From Zygnema circumcarinatum SAG 698-1b (lineage: Eukaryota > Plantae > Zygnematophyceae), in NCBI GenBank assembly GCA_037447605.1, contig CM074807.1:434001-498000 (forward strand): a stretch of 64,000 nucleotides of DNA, in the 5' to 3' direction. Both the position numbers and the translations under genes were made by a program. The stretch's first letter is position 1; the number at the start of each line of letters is the position of its first letter. Positions 1 through 11,657 of the stretch are shown piece after piece. The notes beneath the pieces were generated by a model. That model was not told the DNA's origin, did not search any database, and worked only from the letters and a program-made list of their open reading frames with translations.

Positions 1-431
1 ACTGCCGCCAGCCTCCATCGGCAGTTGCCTCGTACGTTCTGTTCGTACAGACCAGCCGGTCAGAGCTGCCGGTCAACGGTCAAACCGTCTGCCAGCCGGC
101 GCCCTGACGGGCGTCTTCCGCCTTTCCGGGTCGGCTTGACCCGCCGTCCGGCCGGTCCCGGCCGCTGGCCGGCGCCGGCCGGCAGGCGGCCGCCGGCCGC
201 CGTGCCGTGCGAGCCACGGATTGGCGGCGGGCGGCCGCTGGCGCCCATTTAGAGGGCCAGGCTGGCAGGCGGCAGGGAGGGAGGCAACGGCTGGGAGCGG
301 GAGAGGGAGCGAGAGTGAGAGAGAGCGAGGGGGACAGAGAGAGGGAGAAGGAGAGGGAGAGGCAGAGCACTGACGAAGGAAGAGGAAACTGCAGAGAGAG
401 ATAGAGAGAGAGAGAGGGGAGGGATAGAGAA

Positions 432-1697
432 ATGGCGTCCGGGAAGCCGCTGATTCCCGACGCTCTTCCCAACATACGGGCGCGGTACTCCCTGCGGAGC
501 GGCGTGCTGGGGGAGGGCTACATGGGCGTAGTTCGCGTGTGCGTGGAACGGAGCACGGGACGGAAGTTCGCATGTAAAACCATTCTCAAGGGGAAGCTCT
601 CGCCCGCGGGGGAGGCCGACATCCGGCGCGAGGTCGCGGCCTTGCGAGCCATGGCGGGCTGTCCGTACAGCGTGGCGCTGAGGGAGGTCTACGAGGACGG
701 GGGTGCAGTTCACCTGGTCATGGACCTCTGCGAGGGGACGCTCTATGAGTACATATGCAGGCGGAAACGCTTAACGGAGCAGGAGGCCATGGAGATCTTC
801 CGCCAGATAGTGGATGGGGTGGCGGCCTGCCATGAAAGGGGCTGGATGCACCGCGATTTGAAGCCTGAAAACGTGCTTTTAGTGAGAAAAAGGGATGTGG
901 GTCCTTTAGAAAACATTAAAAATTTGGTGGGTTTCAAGTCAGGGGTACAGGGGGAGGAGGAGAAGGGGAGAGCGGGGAGGGGGGTAGAGGTTAAGATTAC
1001 GGATTTTGGGCTTTCTATGGAGATTGGGAGCAGAGAGAGCTTCTATGGGCTGGCTGGTTCAGCCATGTATGTGGCCCCTGAAGTGGTTTTAGGGTTAAAG
1101 TATGGCCTCATGGCGGACATGTGGTCTCTGGGCATCATGCTCTATGCGCTGCTCCTGTCAGATGTTCCGTTCAAGGGGGCCAATGACAAGGAGGTCCTTC
1201 GGTTAGTGGCAACGGAACAGGTGCGCATGGAAGGGCCTGCATGGAGCGCCTTAAGCAAGGGAGCGCAGGAGCTTTTAGGGCAGCTGCTGAGGAGGGAGCC
1301 CAAGGAGAGGCCTACGGCGGCGGAAGTACAGAAGCATCCATGGCTGGGAGGAGGAGGGAGGAGGGAGGGAGGGAGGGGGGTGGTGGGAGTGCCGGTGCTG
1401 GGAAGGAGGGAGTCCATAGATAGCGGGGGAGGTAAGGAGAGTGGGTGTGAGAGGAGTAGAGGGAGAGGAACTTCCTATCCCACTCCCTCTGTGTCTGCCT
1501 CGTCGGCAGCTGTGGGAGAGAGAGAGGAGGGAGAGGGAGAGGGCTTGGAAGGGAAGGAAAACGGGCGGGTTTTGTGGAGATTGGGGAGGTTGAGTATTGT
1601 GAGGAGGAGAGAGGGAGAGCGAAGGGGGAGTGGGAGAGCGAAAGTAGCGGATGAAACAGTTGCGAGAGAGCAGCTCCTTATGAAGGGGCAGAGCTAG
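432..1697 (+). CDS. Intronless Ser/Thr protein kinase, CDPK/PEPKR(PPCK-related)-like, no EF-hands
   Basis: 421-aa ORF with all kinase motifs: LGEGYMGVV, FACK, RREV, HRDLKPEN, DFG, YVAPE, DMWSLG, RPTAAEV-KHPW. The N-lobe resembles CDPK family kinases (VCVERSTGRKFACKTI). The C-tail is low complexity with no EF-hand motifs. Confidence 0.9.
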   Translation: MASGKPLIPDALPNIRARYSLRSGVLGEGYMGVVRVCVERSTGRKFACKTILKGKLSPAGEADIRREVAALRAMAGCPYSVALREVYEDGGAVHLVMDLCEGTLYEYICRRKRLTEQEAMEIFRQIVDGVAACHERGWMHRDLKPENVLLVRKRDVGPLENIKNLVGFKSGVQGEEEKGRAGRGVEVKITDFGLSMEIGSRESFYGLAGSAMYVAPEVVLGLKYGLMADMWSLGIMLYALLLSDVPFKGANDKEVLRLVATEQVRMEGPAWSALSKGAQELLGQLLRREPKERPTAAEVQKHPWLGGGGRREGGRGVVGVPVLGRRESIDSGGGKESGCERSRGRGTSYPTPSVSASSAAVGEREEGEGEGLEGKENGRVLWRLGRLSIVRRREGERRGSGRAKVADETVAREQLLMKGQS

Positions 1698-2445
1698 AAC
1701 TTTAAATTTTAGATGGGTAAGAATGGTCTTATTTTTGTGGGTGTATATATACAATGGAAAGTGGGTAGGGTTACCTCTGTTAGAACATAGAATTTGAGCT
1801 GGAAAAAAAACTGAAACTGAGACTGAGAGCATAGAACAGGAGAGCATAGCATGAGAGAGAGAGAGAGAGCTTCGTTCTGTACAGTGAGCAGCAGCACAGT
1901 TTTGAGTAGTTGCCCCTTTGAGGTTGTACATACCGCGGTGCTATCATTGACCCAATAATAAATTATTCCATCGGAATGTTCAACAAGAACATGCAAGAGA
2001 GGATGTGGCTTGGTTCATTCAATACTTTGTGCTTGCTTTTATTTAAAAAAAAAAACAAAAAAAAAAAAAAAAACAAAAAACAAAAATTTCAGTCCCAGCC
2101 AGTCAGCCCCCCTCTCCTCCTGGCGACGTTTCCATGAGACCATAGTCCCTGCAACGCTGTTCCGTTGTTCCGATTCGCCGTACATCTGTACGAAAAACAC
2201 AGAAACGCATCTATTGTGTCACATCACATCACGTCACGACTTTGAAGGGTGTCTCCATGGAAAGGGTTCGATCGAGAGCCAATGAAACCCAGCCACGTGG
2301 CAGTTAATGTGGCATGGCAAGATGTGGGATTGGCGGGTGGATTTCACGCTCAACGGTAACAGCGGACACACAACGGTCAGCTCCGGCCCTTGTGCTTTGC
2401 TCGCTCTGGAAGCGCCACGTGTCGCCTCTCTGGCCAGCAGACTTC

Positions 2446-2515
<70 letters not shown>

Positions 2516-2581
2516 CTCCCCCGCCCTCTTTCTCTCTCTCTCTTTCTGTACCCGCCCTTGCATTGCCCACTCACTCTCCCC

Positions 2582-5500
2582 ATGGCGCTCTCAGTCGGCG
2601 CCGGCCGAGCCATCACGTCGCACGTCCACGTGTCATCGCCTCGCCTTGCCCCGGTGACACGTGTCATCGCCGTAGCTTCCTTATACCAAGCCTCCTCTTC
2701 CTCCCTCTCCCGCTCTTCCACGTCATCCCGCCTCTCAATAGAGACCGCTATCTCCTCCTCTCCTTCTCCTCTCCGCCCGCTCTCCCGTCTCCTTGCATTA
2801 GTTAACTCTCAATGTAGAATTAGGGATTCCGTTAAACACATACATGGAAACTCCGCAGGTTTTCGTTCAGAGGGTGCTCCTGTTAGGGCGAAGCTTGCGG
2901 AGGGAGAGGCGGAGACTTCGGCAACTGAGGCTCCAAAAGAGGATGAAGGGCCCAGAAAAGATAATAGTTTAAAGGTTGCAAATTTTTTGAAGAGGGTTAG
3001 AATTGCAGATATTAAAGGGGGAGAAGACGAGGGAGTTTCCCGAATCGGTCAGCGGTTCACTGTCAGAGGATGGGTTCGAACTGTTCGAGTCCAAAAAGCG
3101 TTTTCCTTTATCGAGGTGACCTGCTTAGCTCCAACGTTTTCTTTATCGAAGTGAGCTAAGCGCAACAATTGAGCTTAAGTTTCTTAAAAAAATCGCGTTT
3201 TGGGTATTCGTAAATCGCTTTAATGTGTTGAGTTTCATTTATTTTCTCTCTTAATTCCATTGAACTGTCTTTGTCTCTCTCCCCCTTTTTTTTTTAAATC
3301 TACTTTGTTGCAGGTAAATGATGGATCATCTCTATCAGGGATTCAGGTGGTGGCGCAGCCTGAGGTGGAAGGATACGAGAAGGTAACTTGGTTTAATGCA
3401 GGTTTTTTTTGAATCTATAATATATTAGGGCTACAATGATTGGATTCTAAAAGTCTCCTTCGGCCTTGATTAAAAATGATATAGACTTAAGTATTTATCA
3501 ACAGTTACATTTCGAGGCACAGTCTCTCCTGTTTCCTCTCTCACCTTTTCTGTTGTTCCAAAGCTTTGAAGCAAAGGTTTCAATTAGATAGTTTTGCGGC
3601 ATTGCTACGAAGAAGTTGCAATACTTAGCAGAATAGAACTACTTCAAAAAAAAAAAAAAAACCCCCAAAAACCCTAAAAACCTTAAAAACCCTCTTCTGT
3701 CCTCACTTTTTTCCATACTGCGAAAAGTCCTTTTCATTTCTCCATATAATAGAAAACCCCTCTCCCAATTTGCTCCAATTCATGGCTTCAAGCTCTACTT
3801 CCTCCTCGCAACCGCACTGCCTCTGCATTGAAACAAAAAAAAAGATGAGTTCAAACAGCGAGTTCCGGAAGGGGAATGCCTATCTAAAAAACTTTAGAAT
3901 GTTTAAACACTGAAATTTATGATGGGTTTTCTGTTTTTTACATTGCACCACAATCTGCTTGCAGATTGAGGGAGGAGAGATCAGCACGGGAGCCGCCATA
4001 GCAGTAGAGGGAGAGCTGGTGGCGAGCCAAGGAGCAAAGCAGAAAGTGGAACTGAAAGCTACGAGGGTCACTCTGGTGAGGAAACTTTCAAGGGTTTCCC
4101 TCTCCCTCTCTCTGCATTCCTTCTCCCTATCCTCTTACTCCCTCTCCCTTTCCCAGTTTCTCACTTTCTTTGCTGTACTTCGACTCCGTCTCCTCCTCTC
4201 TTTCTCTCTCCCTCTCCTTCGCTTCCCCTCTCCCTCGCCCTCTCCCTCTTCCCTTTCCGATTTTCGTCCTTCCCCTTCTTTCCCCCTACCTCCCTCGCCC
4301 ACTTCCTCTTTCCCCTTTTCCCCCTCCACTCTCTCCCTCTCCCTCTCCCTCTCCCTCCCTNNNNNNNNNNCTCCCTCTCCCTCTCCCTCTCCCTCTCCCT
4401 CTCCCTCTCCGTCTCCCTCTCCCTCTCCCTCCGTGCTCTGCAGGTGGGAGCAAGCGACCCCTCCTCCTATCCCCTCCAGAAGAAGCGGCACACAATGGAG
4501 TATCTCCGCACCATCGCCCATCTCCGCCCTCGCACCAACACCATGGGAGCAGTCAGCCTCCTCCCTCCAACCTCTCTCAAAAAATGCTAACCAAACCCAA
4601 CACAGGAAAACCCTAAAAATGATCACAAACGCACACTCAAAACCCAGAATTCCTGAAAATACCGTACACCCCACATTTGGTAAATCAAACGCATCGTCAA
4701 CAGTGAGCCAAAAAGGATAAAAAAGCGAATACAAAAAAGAATAAAGAAAGAGAAAAAGGAAAGGAGGAGAGAAATGGGAACAGGGGAGGGAGGAGATACA
4801 TTGTTCAATTTGTTGTTGTTGTTCATGTCATGAAACGTGTTCTTGCATGTTGTTGTTGTTGTTGGGGTGTGACAGGTGTCACGCGTCCGCAGCGCCCTTG
4901 CCTTTGCCACCCACTCCTTTTTTCAAAGCGAGGGATTCGTGTGGGTCGCCGCGCCCATCATTACGGCGTCGGACTGCGAGGGGGCGGGGGAACAGTTCTG
5001 TGTAACAACGCTGGTATAAACTGAAACTGAGGAACTGCAACTGAAACTGAAGAGCTGAAACAGAAGATCTGAAACTGAAACTGAAGAACTGCAACTGAAA
5101 CTGAAGAACTGAAACTGAAACTGAAGAACTGAAACAAAAGAACTGAAACTGAACTGCACCTGAAGCTGAAGTACTGAAACAGAAGAACTGAAACTGAAAC
5201 TGAAAAACTGCAACTGAAGAACGGAAACTGGAAAATTGAAACTGACGAACTGAAACTGAAGAATTGACACTGAAGATCTGAAACCGAGGAACTAAAACAG
5301 AGGAACTGAAACTAAGAACTGAAACAGAAGAACTGAAACTGACGAGCTGCAACTGTAGAACTGAAACTGGAGAACTGCAGCAGAAGAACTGAAACTGAAG
5401 CTAGGAGAGAGAGAACGTGGCTGTTGCTCCGTTTCCTTCTTGTTCTTTCTCCATCTCCCACCCCGCTCTCTCCCTCTCCCTCTCCCCTGGGGAACTCGGT

Positions 5501-8500
5501 TTTCTTCTGAGTCTTTAGTTTTAGACAGGGGAACAGTTCTGTGTCACACTGCTGGTAAAAACTGGAACTGGAACTGAAACTGAAGCTCGAGAGAGAGAAG
5601 CCGGCTGCTCCGTTTCCTTCTTGTTCCGTCTCCCACTCATGCTTGCTTTTTTTCTTTTTTTCTCCCCCTCCCTCCCCCCCCCCCCCTCTCTCCCCCGGGG
5701 AACTCTTTTTTTCTCCTGAATCTTTATTTTTTAGACTTCGTCCCCTTTTTTTTTTTTTTTTGGGTTCGTTCCGACGTTTAATTTTGGAAGCATTGGAGCC
5801 TTTTCCGGAAATTGAAATGACTAAAAAAATTTCCTGGCTTTTTTTTTGTGCACAGGTTCCGGAAACCCACCTCTCCACGAAAACAGAGATAAGCAAAATT
5901 CCGGCCACTAAAGAGGGAACGGTAGACTGGTCTAAGGTAAAGAGAGTTGGTTTCTTTTCCTGTGTTTTTTTTTGTTTTTTTGCTGAATTTCAAGTCAGAC
6001 AGAGGTTGGTTGAAAGCTCATATACATTGTCAAGTGATGATTTGTGAGTTTATTCTTTTAGTTTTTTTTTTTCTTTGTTTTCTCTGTTTCTTTTTGTTTT
6101 CTGCCGTTAAGGACTTTTTTGGGCGGCCCGCATTCCTCACAGTTTCCGGTCAACTGAACGGCGAAATTTATGCTTCCGCTCTTTATGATGTGAGTGGGCT
6201 GCTTGCTGCGAGAGCTTGGAGGGAGGGAGAGAGGGAGGGGGGTAGGGAGAGAGGGAGGGGGGTAGGGAGAGAGGGAGGTAGGGAGAGAGGAGGGGGTAGG
6301 AGAGAGGGAGGGGCAGGGAGAGAGGGAGGGGGGTAGGAGAGAGGAGGGGGTAGGGAGAGAGAGGAGGGGGTAGGAGAGGGAGGGGGGTAGGAGAGAGGGA
6401 GGGGGTAGGGAGAGGAGGGGGTAGGGAGAGAGGGACGGGGGTAGGGAGAGGAGGGGGTAGGGAGAGAGGGAGTGGGGGGTAGGAGAGAGGAGGGGGGTAG
6501 GAGAGAGGGAGGGGGTAGGGAGAGAGGGAGGGGGGTAGGGAGAGAGGGAGGGGGGTAGGGAGAGAGGGAGGGGGGTAGGAGAGAGGGACGGGGGGGTAGG
6601 GAGAGAGGGAGGGGGTAGGAGAGAGGGAGGGGGTAGGGAGAGAGGGAGGGGGTAGGGAGAGGAGGGGGTAGGGAGAGAGGGAGGGGGTAGGAGAGAGGAG
6701 GGGGTAGGAGAGAGGGAGGGGGTAGGGAGAGGAGGGGGGGGTAGGAGAGAGGAGGGGGGAGGAGAGAGGGAGGGGAAGGAGGGGGAGAGGGAGGGGGGTA
6801 GGGGGAGGGAGAGAGGGAGGGGGAGGGGAGGAGGGAGAGAGGGGAGGGGCAGGGAGAGGAGGGGGGAGGGAGAGGAGGGGGGAGGGGAGGAGGGAGAGAG
6901 GGAGGGGGTAGGGAGAGAGGGAGGGGGTAGGGAGAGAGGGAGGGGGGGAGGAGAGGAGGGGGGGAAGGAGGGGGAGAGGGAGGGGGTAGGGAGAGGGAGG
7001 GGGGAGGGAGAGGAGGGAGGGAGAGAGGAGTGGGGGGTGGGGGGAGGAGGGGGAGAGGAGGGGGTAGGAGAGGAAGGGGGAGGGAGAGAGGAGGGGGGGA
7101 GGGGGAGTGGAGGAGAGAGGGAGGGGGTAGGGAGAGAGGGAGGGGGAGGAGAGAGGGAGGGGGGGAGGGGGGAGGAGGGAGAGGGAGGGGGAGGGAGAGA
7201 GGGAGGGGGGAGGGAGAGAGGAGGGGGGAGGGAGAGAGGGTGGGGAGGGAGAGAGGGAGGGGGGAAGGGGGAGGGAGGGGGAGGGGGAGGGAGGGAGAGA
7301 GGGAGGGGGGGAGGGGGAGGGAGGGAGAGAGGGAGGGGGCAGGGAGAGAGGGAGGGGGGAGGGAGGGGGAGGGGGCAGGGAGGGAGAGAGGGAGGAGGGA
7401 GAGAGGGAGGGGGGAGGGAGAGAGGGAGGGGGGAGGGAGAGAGGGAGGGGGGAAGGGGAGGGAGGGAGGGAGAGGGAGGGGGGAGGGAGGGAGGGAGAGA
7501 TGGGGAGGGAGAGGGAGAGTTGGAGGGAGAGGGAGAGGGACAGATGGAGGGAGAGGGCGAGGGAGAGATGGAGGGAGAGGGAGAGAGAGATGGAGGGAGA
7601 GGGAGAGGGACAGATGGAGGGAGATGGCGAGGGAGAGATGGAGGGAGAGGGAGAGATGTAGGGAGAGGGAGAGGGAGAGATAGAGGGAGAGGGAGTGGGA
7701 GAGTTGGAGGGAGAGGGAGGAATAGAGTGACTAGATGGCCCATCCCTCGTCGCCTGTCTCCCTCAACAGTCGATCTGGATTCTATGCATTTCACGTTTCA
7801 GTTTAACCTTCAAAACCAACGGATGGCCCTGCCTAGCAGTGAACTGAAACTAAAACTAATACTAAAACTAAAATTGAAACTGAAACTGAAACTGAAACTG
7901 TACCTGAAACTGAAACTGCCCTTTCCATGCCCTTCCGTACAGGTGTACACTTTTGGGCCCACATTTCGGGCCGAAAACTCCAACACCTCTCGACACTTGG
8001 CAGAGTTCTGGGTATGCCACGTGGCGCCTTCCCATTGGTCCTTTCCTTTTTTTTTTTCTTAGAGCCTATCTTCTCAAAGTTTTCATCCAACCCATTCCGG
8101 TTTTATGACATAAATTCATTTTTTCTTCCTTTCTTCTTCATAATTTTGCGTTTTTTTTTTTTCATAGATGATAGAGCCCGAGCTCGCGTTTGCTGACCTC
8201 AGCAGCAACATGGCGTGCGCAACCGCTTACCTCAAATATGTGGTGAGAAAAAAAAAATCCTTCTCCACTTTTTAGGGTTCAACAGCTTAATGGTTGAGGT
8301 TTAAGGTTTATTGTTTAAGGTTTAGGGTTAAGGGTTTAGTATATAGCAGTTTAGGTGTTTAGGGTTTAGGGTTTGGGTTTAGGGTTAGGGTTAGGAGTTA
8401 GGGTTTAGGGCTAGGGTTTAGGGCTAGGGTTTAGGGTTTTAGGATTTAGGGTTTAGGGTTAGGTTTTAGATTCTGCTCAATTTTCCAGCTTGCAATATTT

Positions 8501-11500
8501 TTTCGGCTTTTAGGGTTTTTCTTTTCCTTTCTTTGTATGACGTAGTTCACTTTGAGTTTTTTTTAGGCCCCATGAAAACTTGAAGGTTTGTAGATACCAA
8601 AAAAGTAAATGGGTTTTTGGGTTCCATCATTTGAATTTTTTTTTTGTTCTCTTTTTGGGGGGGAGGAAAAATTTCAGATTCGCCACGTTCTGGAGAACTG
8701 TAAGGAGGATATGGAATTTTTCGACAAATTTATTGAAAAGGGCATTATTGAAAGATTAACGGTAAGCGGGCAGCTGCTGAAATAATAATTAAATAAAAAC
8801 TGAAAATTATGAACTCGAAACTGTTCATGTGAGCGATTGGAGAAATGTGAGTTCAGGGATCAGGCTACAAATGTAATTTATTTCTATCACTTATTATGTT
8901 TATTATTATTATCATTTTTTTTTTTTTCTTGATCGTTGTCTTTTTTGAAGCGGAACGTCGTTCATTTGTTTTCTTTTGATCGTTTGACCTAACTTAAATT
9001 AATTTTCTAATCAATTTATATATACATATATTTCTTAAATTCGCAGGCAGTTGCGGAAACTGAGTTTGCACATGTGACGTATACGGAGGCAGTCGATTTG
9101 CTAAAAAAGTCAAAGAAAAAATTTGACTTTCCGGTCAGCTTCCCGAAAAACTTCCCCTTCTCTCCTGTTCTGCTGTTCCCATACATTGTCCAAGAAATAA
9201 AAAAAAAAAACTTATATATATATTTCTTGGCTGCACAAGTTAAACTTGTGCTGACCTTCACAACTTGTTGTTTTTTTATAAATGATTTTTTATTTATTTA
9301 TTTGCAGGTCGAGTGGGGGGTCGATTTACAAAGTGAGCATGAACGGTATTTAACGGAAGTTTTGTTTAATGGGCAGCCTCTCATAGTGACCGATTACCCA
9401 AAGGTGAAAAAAAGAAAAAAGATAAAATGAAAGAGTTGGACCAACCACCTTCCTTTTAAATGCTTTTTTTTTTTTCACTTTTTCAAATAAGGAGCAGTTT
9501 GGCAACCTTTTCCTGCCGGCTAATTTAGACTGATTTTTTTTTATTTTTTTTGGGGGGGGTGGTGGGGGGGAGTGCAGAAAATTAAAGCTTTTTATATGCG
9601 TGAGAACGAGGATGGAAAAACTGTGGCTGCTATGGATGTGCTTGTACCTCGGGTACGTGCCCTTACCTCTTTTTCCTTTCAAATTTTACTTAATTTTAAA
9701 CAGTTTCATCGAACCATACATACAGAGGTTCTTAGAAACTTGGAAAGAATCTGGGAAGGATCGAGAAACTCAGTGTTCGCACTATATGCGAATTTGCCAT
9801 TTTGTTTTAAGGGAGCGAGGGAGGGAGGGAGGGAGGGAGGGAGGGAGGCAGGCAGGTGGGAGGGAGGGAGGGAGGGAGGGAGGCAGGTGGGAGAGCTGAT
9901 GGGAGGGTGGGAGGGAGGGAGCGAAGGAGGGAGGGAGGGAGGAAGGTGGGAGAGCTGATGAGAGGAGGAGGAGAGGGAGGAGGCAGGCAGGTGGGAGAGC
10001 TGATGGGAGGAGGAGGAGGGAGCGAGGGAGGGAGGGAGGGAGGGAGCGAGGGAGGGAGGGAGGGAGGGAGGCAGGTAGGAGAGCTGATGAGAGGGAGGAG
10101 GAGGGAGGGAGGAGGAGGAGGGAGGGAGGGAGGCAGGTGGGAGAGCTCATGGGAGGGAGGGAGGGAGGGAGGAGGCAGGTGCGAAGCTGATGGAGGGAGG
10201 AAGGAGGGAGGAGGAGAGGGAGGAGGAGGGAGGGAGGAGGAGGGAGACAGGTGGGAGAGCTGATGGGAGGGTGGGAGGGAGGGAGCGAAGGAGGGAGGGA
10301 GGGAGGAAGGTGGGAGAGCTGATGAGAGGGAGGGAGGGAGGGAGGGAGGGAGGGAGGCAGGCAGGTGGGAGAGCTGATGGGAGGGAGGGAGTGAGGGAGG
10401 GAGACAGGTGGGAGAGCTCATGGGAGGAAGGGAGGGAGGGAGGGAGGCAGGTGCGAGAGCTGATGGGAGGGAGGGAGGGAGGGAGGGAGGGAGGGAGGGA
10501 GGGAGGGAGGGAGGGAGGAGGGAGACCTGGTGGGAGAGCTGATGGGAGGGAGGGAGACAGGTGGGAGAGCTGATGGGAGGGAGGGAGGGAGGGAGGGAGG
10601 CAGGTGGGAGAGCTGAGGGAGGGAGGGAGGCAGGTGGGAGAGCTGATGGGAGGGAGGGAGGGAGGCAGGTGGGAGAGCTGATGGAAGGGTGGGAGGGAGG
10701 GAGGGAGGCAGGTGGGAGAGCTGATGGAAGGGTGGGAGGGAGGGAGGGAGGCAGGTGGGAGAGCTGATGGAAGGGTGGGAGGGAGGGAGGGAGGCAGGTG
10801 GGAGAGCTGATGGAAGGGTGGGAGGGAGGGAGGGAGGCAGGTGAGAGAGCTGACGGAAGGGAGGGAGCTGATGGAAGGGTGGGAGTGAGGGAGGGAGGCA
10901 GGTGGGAGAGCTGATGGAAGGGTGGGAGGGAGGGAGGGAGGCAGGTGGGAGAGCTGATGGAAGGGTGGGAGGGAGGGAGGGAGGCAGGTGGGAGAGCTGA
11001 TGGAAGGGGGGAGGGAGGGAGGGCAGGTGGGAGAGCTGATGGAATGGTGGGAGGGAGGAGGGAGGGAGGCTGATGGAAGGGTGGGGAGTGATGGAAGGGT
11101 GGGAGTGAGGGAGGGAGGCAGGTGGGAGAGCTGATGGAAGGGTGGGAGGGAGGGAGGGAGGCAGGTGGGAGAGCGGATGGAAGGGTGGGAAGGAGGGAGG
11201 GAGGCAGGTGGGAGAGCTGATGGAAGGGTGGGAGTGAGGGAGGGAGGCAGGTGGGAGAGCTGATGGAAGGGTGGGAGGGAGGGAGGGAGGCAGGTGGGAG
11301 AGCTGATGGAAGGGTGGGAGGGAGGGAGGGAGGCAGGTGGGAGAGCTGATGGAAGGGTGGGAGGGAGGGAGGGAGGCAGGTGGGAGAGCTGATGGAAGGG
11401 TGGGAGGGAGGGAGGGAGGCAGGTGGGAGAGCTGATGGAAGGGTGGGAGGGAGGGAGGGAGGCAGGTGGGAGAGCTGATGGGAGGTAGCCAGAGGGAGGA

Positions 11501-11617
11501 GAGGCTGGACGTGTTAGAGAGGCGCCTCGCTGAGAACTCTCTGGACAAGGAGGCCTACTGGTGGTACCTCGACTTACGCCGATATGGCTCCGGTGAGCGC
11601 CTCCCTCTCTCTCTCTC

Positions 11618-11657
<40 letters not shown>

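Noticed and set aside
6058-7794. 578-aa Pro/Ser/Leu-rich 'extensin-like' ORF and overlapping Gly/Glu/Arg ORFs
   Set aside because: These are translations of the homopurine tract inside AsnRS intron 7. All frames are open because the repeat lacks stop codons.
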